DNA from: Mobula birostris
Taxonomy: Eukaryota
Reading direction: 5' to 3'
DNA length: 64,000 nucleotides
Assembly: GCF_030028105.1 (NCBI RefSeq)
Contig: NC_092382.1
Coordinates: forward strand, 53,891,764 to 53,955,763
The position numbers and the translations under genes were made by a program. Of the stretch, positions 12,401 through 24,897 are shown one piece after another (the stretch's first letter is position 1; every line of letters begins with the position of its first letter). Under the pieces are notes generated by a model. The model worked only from the letters and a program-made list of their open reading frames with translations, had not been told where the DNA came from and did not search any database.

Positions 12401-12700
12401 CAATGTACTCCATCGGAACCACCTGTTGCCTCTGGGTCGAGAGATGAATGTAGATCCAGTGCCCGAATGGGAGTTTACGGCTAGTACGAGGACTCTGCGA
12501 GGGCGCGGGGCGAGGGAAGAGCCCACTGCGAAAGAGACGGGGCCGGTCCCCACCCCGAAAAGGCATACGTCATCGGAAGACGATGATTCGGACGTGTGGT
12601 ACCTGTTTCCGTTCGCTGATTCCCCGGTGCCGGGAGAAGAGGCTCCTGCCCTTCCCTCACTGAGTCAGGGAAGAGGAGGGAGGGTGTTGAGGAGCCGACT
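9406..12700 (+). mobile_element. Gypsy/Ty3 internal region, internally deleted: PNMA-type gag, zinc knuckle, protease, integrase; no RT/RNase H or 3' LTR seen
   Basis: 9406 MDRDKIVNWCELEDVPVNHVCVLSG (PNMA N-domain-like); CYNCGEEEHFRRE; AILDTVSQFTLL; HDDSGQLGVENTYGLLRDRFYWPRM; LVCMDFL; HSDQGRDFES; PERFNRTLLDML; GDRVL...LHRNHLLP. Several stops and frameshifts. Confidence 0.9.
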
Positions 12701-13139
12701 GAAATACAGCGAGTACAGCAAGTACAGGAAAGTAAATGATCACTTTATAGTAAATAGCCAGATATCCCATTTTCTATCTGAAGTAGGGTTCAGTTGTACA
12801 GAGCTTTCGAGGTATCAATATGTACTCAATAGTCGGTAAAAGAGCTATTTTATGCAGCAGGGAGAATGCTTGCTCAGGTAATTAGTGTGACAAAGTCGTC
12901 AACACTATCAGATACAGGTCGATGAACCGATAAAAAATAACGATTGTCATCAAAGTCTATTTTTGCTCATTCTGTCACTGAATGACTTTCGGTCTTCCGG
13001 GAATATTACAAATTAAAATTATAATATGGTTTGTTAAACCTTTCAGCGCAGATGCTGTAAAAATCTATTTAATGTGCTAATATTTTAGTCTTATACACTA
13101 ACGTTTTACCCAAATTCGAACATGTCACTATGATCACTA

Positions 13140-13380
13140 TAGTATAAACAGAGCCGACCATGTTTATACAAAAAGACGTGGTATTTCCAAATCCATTCTA
13201 CACCCTGGTCTTGGCTTCTCTAACCACATTCCCACAATATCAATTCCAGCATACCGAACGCTGCTGATAATTGCAAAGCAAATCTATAGCACAATGTCGC
13301 CAAATGATGCGATCTCTATGCTTCAGGACTGTTTTGAACGGACAAACTGGTCAATGTTCAAGGGGACCGACACAAACGGA
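13140..13380 (+). mobile_element. Old Rex-Babar endonuclease-region fragment
   Basis: LQDCFERTNWSMFK, which parallels LQDCSESVVWTVF near 6.8 kb. Confidence 0.55.
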
Positions 13381-13800
13381 GGTCATAGAACACAGAATAT
13401 AAAACAGTACAGAACAGGACCAGGTCCTTTAGCCTACAATCCTGTGGCGAACGAGTTAAAAAGAAAATCCAAAATCCGTAGAACAATTAACACACAGCAG
13501 ATTTGATGTGTGCTGCTTGAATTGCCAGCATCTGCAGAATTCCTGTTGTTTCCGTAGAACAATTCCTTCCTACCTAAACAATGTGCATATCCCTCCATCT
13601 TCCTCATTGCCATGAACCCATGAAAGCGTCTCTTTAATAGCTCTGGTGTATTTCCCTCTATTATCATAACGGGCAGGACATTCTAGGCATCCACCACTCT
13701 CTGTGAAATCAAATCCTTACACCTCACATCGCCATTACACCTAACCACTCTCACCTTCAATGCATATCCTCTGTTATTAGATATTACTACTCTGCGGAAA
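13380..13800 (-). mobile_element. CR1 LINE 3' fragment interrupted by a PLE micro-insertion
   Basis: catagaac-type tail and a 3'UTR resembling the other CR1 ends in the window. Confidence 0.6.
13489..13550 (+). mobile_element. 62-bp PLE pseudo-LTR micro-insertion with 14-bp target-site duplication
   Basis: TCCGTAGAACAATT at 13475-13488 and 13551-13564. The insert matches the reverse complement of about 908-960. Confidence 0.85.
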
Positions 13801-14569
13801 AAAAAAAATCCCTCTGTAGACTCAGTCTGCAGAGGACGACGAGCTCCCAGAATATACAAATTGTTTTTTTCTTTGTTCTAGCCTTATGGTTGAAGAAATG
13901 TGCGCTGCCAATTTGTTAAACTGCTAAATACTCCTCATTTTGTCAGCTTACTTGTCAACTGCTATTGTTCAGGGATAGCTGTATCAAATTGCCTTAAAGT
14001 GGATGCCACGGTAGTCCTGATAATCTGCTGAACTAGCTGCCTTGTCTTCACTGATTGAGAACAGACGTTAATTGCATTTTGTTACTTGCAAGAAGACAAT
14101 ACGATGATGTTCCTTTGAAACAGAGGCAATAAGAAGCTGTCAAACGTTAACTAGACAGGTCAGAACCAACGAGATAGAAACGTAACATTTGAACTGATGA
14201 TGAAAGATAAGAAGAAAGACGACATCCGAATGCAAAGCGGTGAGAATACAGAAAACCAACTATCGGAAGGAAGACCCACATTTCACGGGTCGGGAGACAT
14301 ACAATCAAACGCCTGGCCTACGGGACATCCTGCATTACACGGTTATATCTTAAAGACGTGGTCCCAGCGAATGTCTGAAAAGAAAGCTAGGACAGGGCCT
14401 AACGATTTGTTCATGCTGAACTCTTTTCATTTTCAAACCGCTTTTGATTTTGAAATTTTGGAATCTCTCCTCTCACTCCAAATAATTGTATTCCAAGACG
14501 GACGTGTCCCGTTTACGTTACAGTCAGGTACAAGGTCTTGTTTCGGCTGTTCAAATTCTGGAAAGGTGT

Positions 14570-17500
14570 CATCATAACAGGGTTGTTGTGGTGGGAGGTT
14601 TCAATTGATGAGCATCTCCCTAGACCAAGGGGTTAGGCGGGGTGGAGTTTGTTATCAACGTGTTAATAAGCCGACAAGAGGAGAGGCAGTACTTGATCAG
14701 GTAAATGAACCTGGTCAGTTGTCAGATCTGTCAGTGGGAGAGCATTTTGGAGAGAGTGATCATAATTCTATCTCCTTTACCACAGCATTGGAGAGAGATA
14801 GGAACAGACAAGTTAGGAAAACATTTAATTGGAGTAAGCCAAAAAATGAAGCTATCAGGCAGGAAGTTGGAAGCAGAAATTGGGAACAGTTGTTGTTACG
14901 GAAATGTACGGCAGAAATGTAGCAAATGCTCAAGGGATACTCGGAGAAGTGTGAGGTGGTACACTTTGGAAGGACTAACTCCAAGGCAGAGTACAAAGTA
15001 AATGGCAGGATAGTGGTTAGTGTGGAGGAACAGAAGGATCTGGGGGTACATGTCCACATATCCCTGAAAGTTGCCTCACAGGTAGATATGGTAGTTAAGA
15101 AAGCTTATGGGATATTAGCTTTCATTAATAGAGGGATAGAGTTTAAGAGTCGCGATGTAATGATGCAGCTCTATAAAACTCTGGTTAGGCCACACTTGGA
15201 GTACTGTGTTCAGTTGTGGTCGCCTCACTATAGGAAGAATGTGGAAGCATTGGAAACGGTACAGAGGAGATTTGCCAGGATGCTGCCTGGTTTAAAGAGT
15301 ATGGATTATGATCAGAGATTAAGGGAGCTAGGGCTTTACTCTTTGGAGAGAAGGAGGATGAGAGGAGACATGATAGAGGTGTGCAAGATAATAAGAGGAA
15401 TAGATAGAGTGGATAGCTAGCACCTGTTTCGCAGGACCCCACTGCTCAATACAAGAGTACATGGCTTTAAGGTAAGGGTGAGAAGTTCAAGGGGGATAGT
15501 AGAGGAAGGTTTTTTACTCACAAGGTGGCTGGTGCGTGGAATGCACTGCCTGAGTCAATGGTGGAGGCAGATACAATAGTGAAGTTTAAGAGACTACTAG
15601 ACAGGTATATCTAGTAATTTAAGGTGGGGGGGTATATGGGAGACAAAGTTTCAGGGTCGGCACAACATTGTGGGCCGAAGGGCCTGTACTGTGCTGTACT
15701 AGTCTATGTTCTATGTTCTATGATATTTTCGTGGAGTTCTGCATACGTACTTTCCAATGAGACAGGAAAAGGATGGTAGGGTACAGCAGCCGTGGTGTAC
15801 CAAGGCTGTTGTAAATCTAGTCAGGGAGAGAATAAAAGCTTACGAAACGTTCAAAAACGAGGTAATAACAGAGATCGAGAAGATTATAAGGCGAGCAGGA
15901 AGGAGATTAAGAATGAAATTTGGCGAGCCAGAAGGGACCATGAGTAATTCTTGGCGGACAGGATTAAGGAAACCCCCAAAGCACTCTACAAGTATGTGAA
16001 GAGCAAGAGGATAAGACGTGAGAGAATTGGACAAAGTAAATGTGACAGTGAAAAAGTGTATATAGAACCGAAAGAGATAGTACAGTTTCTTAATCAATAC
16101 CTTCCTTCAGTATTCATCACAGAAAAGGACCTTGGCGAGTGTAAGGATGAAAATCTTCAGCATAAGCATTAATTGAGCATTAAGAAAGGGGATGTGCTGA
16201 GCTTTCGGAAAACAACAGGTTAGATAAGTCGCTGGGACCAGATGAGATATACCCCAGGCTACTGTGGGAGGCGAAGGAGGAGATTGCTGAGCATCTGGCG
16301 ATGAACTTGTCTCATCAATGGACATGAGAGAGGTTCTCGAGGATTGCAAGATTGCGGATATTGTTCCCTTATTCAAGAAAGAGAATAGAGATAGCCCAAG
16401 AAATTATAGACCAGTGAGACTTACTTCAGCCGTTGTTGGATTGATGGAAACGATCCGGAGAGACAGGATTTATGAACATTTGGAGAGGCAAAATATGATT
16501 AGGAATAGTCAGCATGGATTTGTCAAATGCAGGACGTGCGTTACGAGCCTGACTGAAGTTTTTTCAGGATGTGACTAAACACTTTGATGAAGGTAGAGCA
16601 TTAGGTATAATATATATGGATTTCAGCAAGGCATTAGATAAGGTACCCAATGCAAGGTTTATTGAGAAAGTAAGGAGGCGTGTAATCCAAGGGGACATTG
16701 TTTTCTAGATGCATAACTGGCTTGCCCACACAAGGCAAAGTGTGGTTCTAGACGGATCATATTCTGCACGGAGGTTGGTGAACAGTGGCGTGCCTCAGGG
16801 ATCTGCTTTGGAACTCCTTCTCTTCGTGACTTTTAATAAATGACCTGGATGAGTAAGTGGATGGATAGGTTAGTAAATTTGCTGTTGACATTATGGTTGG
16901 GGGAGTTGTGAATAGTGTTGAGGGCTGTCAGAGGTTACAGTGGGACATCGATAAGATGTAATTCTGGGCTGCGAAGTGGCTGATGGAGTTCAACCCAGAT
17001 AAACGTGAGGCTGGTTATTTTGGTAGGTTAAGTGTGATAGAAGAATATAGTATTAACGGTAAGACTCTTGGCTGTGTGAAGGATCAGAGGGCTCTTAGGT
17101 TCTGAGTCCATAGGACACTCAAAGCTGCTGCGCAGGTTGGCTCTGTGGTTAAGAAGGCGTACGGTGCATTGGCCTTCATCAACCATGCATTCCAGTTTAG
17201 GAGTCGAGAGGTAATGTTGCAGCGATATAGGACCCTGGTCAGACCCAACTTCGAGTATTGTGCTCAGTACTGATCACCTCACTGCAGGAAGGATGTAGAA
17301 ACCATGGAATTGGTGCAGAGGAGATTTACCAGGATGTTGTCTGGAGTGGAGCGCATGCCTTATGAGAATAGGTTGAGTTAACTCGGCCTTTTTTCATTGG
17401 AGCGACGGATGACCTGATAGAGGTGCATAAGATGATGAAAGGCCTTGTTCGTGTGGATAGCCAGAAGCTTTTTTTCCACGGCTGAAATGGATGACAAAAG

Positions 17501-17755
17501 AGAGGGCACGGTTTATGGTGCTTGGAAGCAGGTACAGAGGAGTTTTTTTTTTTTGTTTTTTTTTACGCAGAGCGTGGTGAGTGTGTGGAATGGGCTGCCG
17601 GCGACGGTGGTGGAGGCAGATACGATAGGGTCGTTTCAGAGACTCTTGGATAGGTACATGGAGCTTAGAAAAATAGAGGGCTATGGATAACCTCTGGTAA
17701 TTTCTAAAGTAAGGGCATATTCGGCACAGCATTTTCTGTGTTTCTTTGCTTCTAT
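14570..17755 (+). mobile_element. CR1 LINE ORF2 relic (EN-RT-3'UTR) hosting a nested CR1
   Basis: PTRGEAVLD, GESDHNSI, VPLFKK..NYRPVRLTS, YMDFSKA, GVPQGS motifs with many stops; degenerate tctatgtt tail near 17750. Confidence 0.9.
14941..15721 (+). mobile_element. Younger 5'-truncated CR1 nested in an older CR1
   Basis: ORF 14926-15420 (EKCEVVHFG...LVRPHLEYCVQLWSP), (CTATGTT)n tail, gata on both sides. Nearly identical to 49040-49820. Confidence 0.9.
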
Positions 17756-17829
17756 GTTGCAATCTTAGTATTATTGGCAATATGCTTCTCCATCTGCCTT
17801 TTGGAAATCTGAATTCCCCTATTCACTAT

Positions 17830-18515
17830 ATTAGATTAGATTAGATCATGAGGACACGCAGTCCTCTTTTATTGTCATTTCGTAATGCATGCATTAAGAA
17901 ATAATACAATGTTCCTCCAGAATGATATCACAGAAACACAAGATAAACCAAGACGGAAAAACTGACAAAAACCTCATAATTATAACATATAGTTAAAACA
18001 GTGCAAAGCAACACCTTAATTTGATAAAGAACAGACCAAGGGCATGGTAAAAAAATGCTCAAAGTCTCTCGAAAGTCCCAGAATCTCACGCAGACGGTAG
18101 AAGGAAGAAAAACTCTCCCTGCCATAAGCCTCCAGAGCCGCAAACTTGCCGATGCAGCACCCTGGAAGCAACCGACCACAGCCGACACTTGAATCTGTCC
18201 AAAAACTTCGAGCCTCCGACCAGCCCTCCGACACCGAGCACCAAGCACCATCTCTGCCGAGAGCTACGACCCCGGCCACGGAAACAGGCAATCGGCAAAG
18301 GCGAGGATTTGGGGCTTTCCCCACCGGAGATTCTCGATCGCACACTAGCAGCGGTAGCGAGGTGGGCATTTGAGAAGTTTAACCAGATATTTCTCCGTGC
18401 TTCTCACGGCTGTGTCCATCAAATCAGGATTGTGTACGGTACCTACTTCACAAATACGATATCATTTCGAAGCCACTGCGCGCGCAGCGTCGCACCGCCA
18501 TCTTCTCCTCCCCTC
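17830..18515 (-). mobile_element. Non-autonomous short retroelement (probably Rex-Babar-derived)
   Basis: 5' end AGGAGAAGATGGCGG, no RT motifs, AATAAA then a (TCTAA)n tail. It interrupts sequence that is contiguous in the paralogous block near 44470. Confidence 0.6.
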
Positions 18516-21500
18516 CTTTAGCTCTCATATTTTCATATGCCCTACAGATAACATCATTACTTTATTTTTCGGTATTCCTTATATAGTTGCCTCTTCTTTA
18601 ATATTTTTATGGATATCTTAATTCATCCATGTACTGTTCTATAAATTTGCTATGTGTTCGCTCAGGAAATGAATCTCAGGGTTGTACGTGGTGCCATGTA
18701 TGTATTCCGACACTAAACTTTACTTTGATCTTTGATCTATTGCTCATAATGCTTCTGCAGATGTTGGGAACGAATGTTTCCTGCACTTTGTGCCTGGCCT
18801 CTTTCAATCGATTCCACTGTTCCTCAAATGAGTCAACATCAAGTATTTCCTTCCAGTTTACCTTCTAACGTCTTCGCCACTTCTGCACACACTTTGTCTC
18901 TCTGAAATTCAATTTAATTGCATTGGCTTTTACAGATATACTCTCACAAAAACTTCAAGACTAATAATGTTATGATCAACCGTTCCTAAAGGCTCAAAAA
19001 CTTTTGTTTTCCAAATTCTATCCTGATTGTTACAGAATACGAATGTAGACGGGACTCACCTCTTGTTGGTGCATTAAAAATATCAATAATTTAAAATCTC
19101 AATGAATTGACTTTCCTATAATCCATTAGTAACTGGGTTCCTCCACTCAATATGTGTGAAATTAAAGTCAACGATAGCTACAACAACGCCCTCTGAACTT
19201 GTATTTTGTTTAATATTCTTGTGGAATATTAAAGAGGAATTGTCTTCAATTGGAGAGTACCGTTGTCATGGAGGTATGAAGGAAAATAAAAATGCTCTGA
19301 TAAATATCGGGATGATTATCCATGGGAAGATGCGAGGCAAGCGATTTGAACAAAGCCAGATTAGAAAAGGTGCTTGAATGAGGATTGGTAGAATGTCTCC
19401 AGGGAGCTAAAGTAGAGCGGGACTGATCACAAGAAGCAGTTAAGCATTCCACGATGCGGTGACCCGTCTTGAAGAGAAGATATCCGCCTTATTGAAAAAG
19501 CAGCTAATTTACGACGAACATTTGAATTAGTTTCAGAAACCTTATTAAATACATGAATAAGTAATAGAAAGTTAGTTACCTTGTAACGAAGTGGAAATTG
19601 AGCGAAATGTGTGGCGATTGAAGCACATTATGGATGTCATCGGAAAACCATTGTCAGAAATGAAACATCACACTGGAGATCACACAAAGTGTCCAAAGCA
19701 GATGGAAAAGCTGCTGGGCTAACCTATCCATTCAGAAAGATATGAAAAGGGATTTTTGATCCGAAATAGGAAAGGACGTTAGTGATGGACTCAGTTACAA
19801 AGCTCCGTACGGTTATGACGATGACAAGCAAATTACTTCCAAGCATCTCCTATCAGCACAAATCCGAAAGAATCCAGTATTACTGTCGGCGCCAATGATG
19901 TCACTTCCTTCCCCACTTGCGACCAGAGATAAGTCACAAAGTAAGGAAACGGGGGCAGGAAACTGAAGCAAGAATGTAACATGGAGAGCTTCATTTGTGC
20001 TTCATCATCTGGGAGATATAGCTTAGGATATTGGGACATTACTGTCCGAGGATTAACATAGTGATCTGTTACCAATAACTGATTTCTGAAGAGCCGTACA
20101 CAGTTATAGTACCGCAGAGGAAAGGAAATTGATTGGATTCTGTTTCCATGCGAAGATATCACAAGGACATAACATATTGCAGTCTTATAAAGCCTCAGTG
20201 TTACATCCTGAATATTATATTTTGCCGAAAATACAAGGATAGGGGAACAAGTGGAGAATTCAACAATCTAGTCAGTTACTTCTGGGTATTAAGACAGGAT
20301 ACCGCTAGACGTACTAACTAAATGTACCCAGATGAGCGGCAAGCACCCATCTGCATTTATGAATGTTGTTTCAAGGGCTACAATAAATCAGCAGTATATC
20401 CGGACAATTTAGAGCCAGAAGTCACAATATTTGGGGACAAATTTCAGTTTCTGGTAGAATTGACGAATCTTTAATACTGTTTGATCCCTCTGTTCTTACT
20501 GATAGTGAGGCAGAGACTCTGAGTAAAATGATTGGTTATAGACTGTGAATAGGAAGGTGCAGGTGTGAGATTTGAAGGGACGTATCACACTGAAGGTATA
20601 TACCTTCGCTCCATCAGTAAAGACAATAGCTCTGGAATAGGGGTGAGTGTAGCAATGGTCCCAGTACAGTGTCCAAATCTGTTACTTCAACGGTAGTAAT
20701 AGGGATTACTAAACCTGATACTATACAATAACACTTTTATTTAATCTCAATCCTATACTTGGTTAGAGACTGAAGGTGAGACAGTGTGGAAGTCGGTGGA
20801 TATTTCGTGACGTGGTGGCGTTATGTTTCAAATATGTTAAAATATTAACTTGTTGACGACACATAACTTCCAGGGTCCATTTGCTTTAGACTAGAAAGGA
20901 TTCCTTAAATGCTGTATGACTTTTATTATAGATTATTTGTGAACTATTCAACACTAAAACATTTGACGTGTTCTGCAGAAGTTTAAAGTGTGAATGCATT
21001 GAGAACATATAATATTGCACAAGTACCGAGATCACGTGAAAGAGAAAGAGTGGTAATTCGTGCGTGAACTAGCAGAAGGCAGTCATGCGTTTATGAGGTC
21101 TGTATTGACAGAATGTTTAAATTAATCTTCTATTTCACAATAGGATCTCATTGCAATTGCAGCAATTACCTGCGGCTGCTCTGAAGGAAGAAACGCCCAA
21201 GTTTAGATTTTTGTTTTGCCTTACCTGCGTATTTAGATTGTGTTTTTTTTTTGTTTGCTTTGGTATTGATTTCAGAGGGAGACATGAATTCCACACCAGC
21301 CATGTGAAATGAAGGTTAGAAGGATCAAGATATTAGTGTATCTGTTCCGTGTACGATGAACGTACCGTTCAAAGGCAAATTGACATTAAGACAAATTCGT
21401 GTGTACTTGAATACGGAATTTGAAATTGGCATTTTGCGAGGCTGGTTCATCTGGGGAGCACTAAAAGATGCTGCTGAAGACTCTGAAATACTGATTGTCA

Positions 21501-22619
21501 GTTGCAAGATTCTATTGAAACAGTTTGTTTTGTTGTAATCGTAGCATCTGCCCTGTAATATGTAAACGGGTGTTCAGTTTAGATAGCGTGAAGTGCAAGT
21601 CCGAAATTCAGCATTTTGCTCACATCGTCAGCCCAAATTCAATAAATTATCCAAGTGCTTCAGGGTGGTCAAATTAAAGTCTGTCACTCAGAGCACTGTA
21701 ACACAGAGTGGAGACATAGTCGTAAACTGTACTAAAGTTTATACCTTCCTTACGGACCATAACTGCTCACTGTCCTACAGGCAGAATACACTCCATTGAC
21801 CTTCCCTTTGTAAGCCAGTTCCTACCTAATATCATCAGTTAAGTACATTCTGCACTGCCTGCTCCTATCCCAGTGTAAGGCATTCGTAAATGTCGAATAG
21901 CTACGCTCTAGCGTTCTGAACTTTTGACCTGCGGAGAGATCTGTTACCAGACCCGTTTAACTTTCTAGAACTAGATCCAGGAAGGACTGTTCGCTAGTCT
22001 GTCTGTCCACTTATTGTGCCAGGACTCCTTCCTGGAGACAACTGAGAAATTCTGTCAACCTAAACTTTTAACCACAGGAAGAGCCAATGAATATTAGTGA
22101 AGTTTAAATTGCTCGTGACAACAACGGTGTTAATATGGCACCTGCCCAATATCTATCGCACGATTTGTCTCTGTCTCTGTGTGTTGCTTTCGTTTTGGTG
22201 ATGGGAGCTCTGTACAGTATACTCTCAAGTGAGAGTTTGCTCCCTTCCTACTTCTGATTTTAACATAAAATCCCTCCACAGTGTCCTCCCTTCCTGCAGC
22301 TGTGATAGAATCATACTCTCCCTGTTTTTCAAAGGCACTCACTTTACACTATTCCACCTGGCAATGACCATTTTGAAACAACTGAACCCGAAATATCCAG
22401 AAGCGAATCTCCCCTTGAGATTGTCGGGTCTCTGTGATAGTTTGGAATTTATTCACCCAATGTAACAATTACGCCAGCTGATTGACCATTTGTCCAGTTT
22501 TCTACTTGAACTGTATGAAATATGCAATGTTCCATGTATTTTGCGATTTTAAGATCGCCAGGCACATGATTGTTTGAATATATGACATATTTGCCAAACC
22601 TGCTGATTTGTAAAACTGT

Positions 22620-22625
22620 TTTATT
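22620..22625 (-). terminator. Poly(A) signal AATAAA of GPCR copy A
   Basis: TTTATT on plus, 35 nt past the stop; same position in copy B. Confidence 0.5.
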
Positions 22626-22660
22626 CGAAAACTCCGCTGAATTGCAATTAAACCTGGGCA

Positions 22661-24313
22661 TTATCTACACAAATGGCCATTTAATGTAAACACATACTTT
22701 ATTCCATTCTTCAGCTCTTTTCTGAATTTCCTCTGTGTCAGTGTATAGATACAAGTATTGGTGCACATACTCAGAATTTGCAACATGAACCCAAATTGTT
22801 GTAGTATATATACCGGGGAACTGAAATATCTGTCCAGGTAAAAATAGTTCTGCGATTGCCATTTCAAGGAACGGACTACAAAGGGCATCCAAAATAATAT
22901 GAAATTAGCTGATATAGCAAACAACAAAACCATTGATTGTCTGCGTTTTTCCACCTCGGTATCTTTCTGATTATCACTGCTGTTCCGAAAGCCTCTGCGA
23001 ACTCTAGTTGCGGCAATGATATGTCTTACTGTTAACCCATTGAACATGAGCATTAAGCCGATTGGTAGCAACGGTGTTAAAATGCTATCAAATAATTCGA
23101 TTCCTTTCCACAGGGGAGATGTAGCGTATTCATACGTGACAGTGCAACGCCACGGTTTGTTGTCGATAATGACGTAAGGCTCAACGGCAAAGTAAAACAG
23201 GACACTTCTACCGCAGCTCACTATGCCCACGGTCACCATAACCACAGTTGCTGTTCTCTCAGTGCAGTATCGCTCCCGCAGCTTTCGACAACATGTTGCG
23301 ATTAAACGATCGAAGGTAAAACCGACGGTAAACCAAACAGAACAATCCGTCGCTACAAACCTAAATACAAGTGTCAGAGCGCATACGGGAGTGATGAGAA
23401 GGGATCTGGAATAAATGTAGATATTGTTGGTCTGTTCCACTAAACCGAAAACTATAACCACCATCAAATCCGCTGTTGCTATTCCAACCAGGTAACGGGT
23501 GATGCATTTGGAGAGTCCGCATTTTCCTCGAGATAGGATCACAATCGCCGTTATTATTAACTACAGGAAACGTAGAGAAAAAAAAAATATCGTTAGCTAC
23601 AACTGTCTGAATGCCCACTGTTCTTCCAATGCTATACAAGGTATGGTTTTTGGAAGTGAATAGGAGAAATTCAATGTGTGACGGCCCCATCGGTACAGTC
23701 CGGCTGGCGGACCATAATGGACTGGCGACTTTCCGACAGTTTAGAGCGAGTCACCTTATTTCCACGACCCGGTGAGCGGTCGGTCGATCCACCAAACATC
23801 ACCATGAGCAACGCCATTTCCATTATCAGAGATGCAACAGCAGAAGGGTTAATATTTTATTGAAATTAATGTGTTTTAAAGCATAAGATATAATTTAGTG
23901 ATTATGGAAGAAATGACCAGAGTGTCAATATTTGATTGGCCGGTCAGTTGAAAAAAACTGTCGATCTGGAAAAGCGACCACTGTCGCTTCAGAAAGCCGA
24001 GAAAGGTCAAATATGAAACTATGACAATATCCGCACCAACGTTATTGACAAAGGAACAAAAAAACACATCACATTAAAAAAGTATGGACAATTAAAAAAA
24101 GCAAACAGGTGCTGGAACCCTCAATTCTGGAATCACATTTCAGGCGATGGTAGCATCTGTGCTAATTAAAAGTCCGAACAGTGCAGCGGAACAAAAGCAA
24201 GACTATGACATCTTACATACAGTGACCAACTCCAGTATCTTACCTGGGATACCGATCGTTACAAGTGTAGGATAGAAAACGCCCGCGATGTAGTAAATCG
24301 CTGGATATCCCAT
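22661..24313 (-). CDS. gpr139-like: GPR139/GPR142-like class A GPCR, copy A (2 exons: 24313-24244 and 23560-22661); apparent +1 frameshift at the start of exon 2, so a recent pseudogene or an assembly error
   Basis: Exon 1 is MGYPAIYYIAGVFYPTLVTIGIP+G|GTAAG; acceptor tttcctgtag| at 23561. The exon-2 ORF has 293 codons with 7TM motifs YLVGIATADLMV, SVWFTVGFTFDRL, WRC, FILFWMP and TNTCIY...RKFR. There are 18 nt (17 in copy B) between the acceptor and the GTG at 23542. Confidence 0.85.
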
Positions 24314-24386
24314 ATTCCGTCAGAAGCAGCGTTCAGGTGTACGGACCATTCCAAATGTTCCTAACACCGTGGTCGGTTTTACAGTA

Positions 24387-24417
24387 TTATATACAATTCG
24401 GAGTAATTCCACTGAGG
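24387..24417 (-). promoter_or_regulatory. TATA-like box and conserved proximal motif of copy A
   Basis: TATATAA at 24393-24387, about 75 nt upstream of the ATG. CCTCAGTGGAATTACTC (24417-24401) is 16/17 identical to 38752-38768. Confidence 0.5.
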
Positions 24418-24666
24418 CAATTAGTGTGTTTATCACGTCAGTCACACTAGAAACAACCAGCTACACAAACACTTATTTTATTACTCTGTCACTGTGCCAG
24501 AAAGTCGTCTCCCCAAAGGATGTTACGATCTATTAACTTTAAGGCAAAAAAAAAAAATGAGAGTTGCCAATTTAATTTCCAAGACACCTAGCTTCAGCTG
24601 ATGAACTGGGACATTTTCTGATCAGTGTTGTTTCTAAGACAGACAATCATCCTGAACAATCAACAT

Positions 24667-24897
24667 AAGAAAAGACCATAAGACAAAGCAGCAGAAGTCT
24701 ACCATTCGGCCCAACGAGTCTACTCCGCCATTTTATCATGAGCTGATCCATTCTCCCATTTAGTCCTACTCCCCCGCCTTCTCACCATATCCTTTGATGC
24801 CCTGGCTACACAGATACCTATCAATCTCTGCCTTAAATACTTAGATATCTAACAATCTCTGCCTTAAATTACTCAGATACCTATCAATCTCTGCTTA
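24667..24897 (-). mobile_element. Short CR1 3'-end insertion upstream of copy A, flanked by AACAT
   Basis: aacat at 24662-24666 and 24898-24902; ataagacc-type tail; the flanks are contiguous in copy B near 38490. Confidence 0.75.

Noticed and set aside
14197-14577. 126-aa ORF and nearby exon-like signals at 12.8-14.5 kb
   Set aside because: No recognisable domain, and the candidate exons contain stops and lack consistent phases.
23361-23690. 109-aa overlapping ORF, and its counterpart at 39691-39954
   Set aside because: Shadow frames of the GPCR exon 2; the similarity simply reflects the paralogy.
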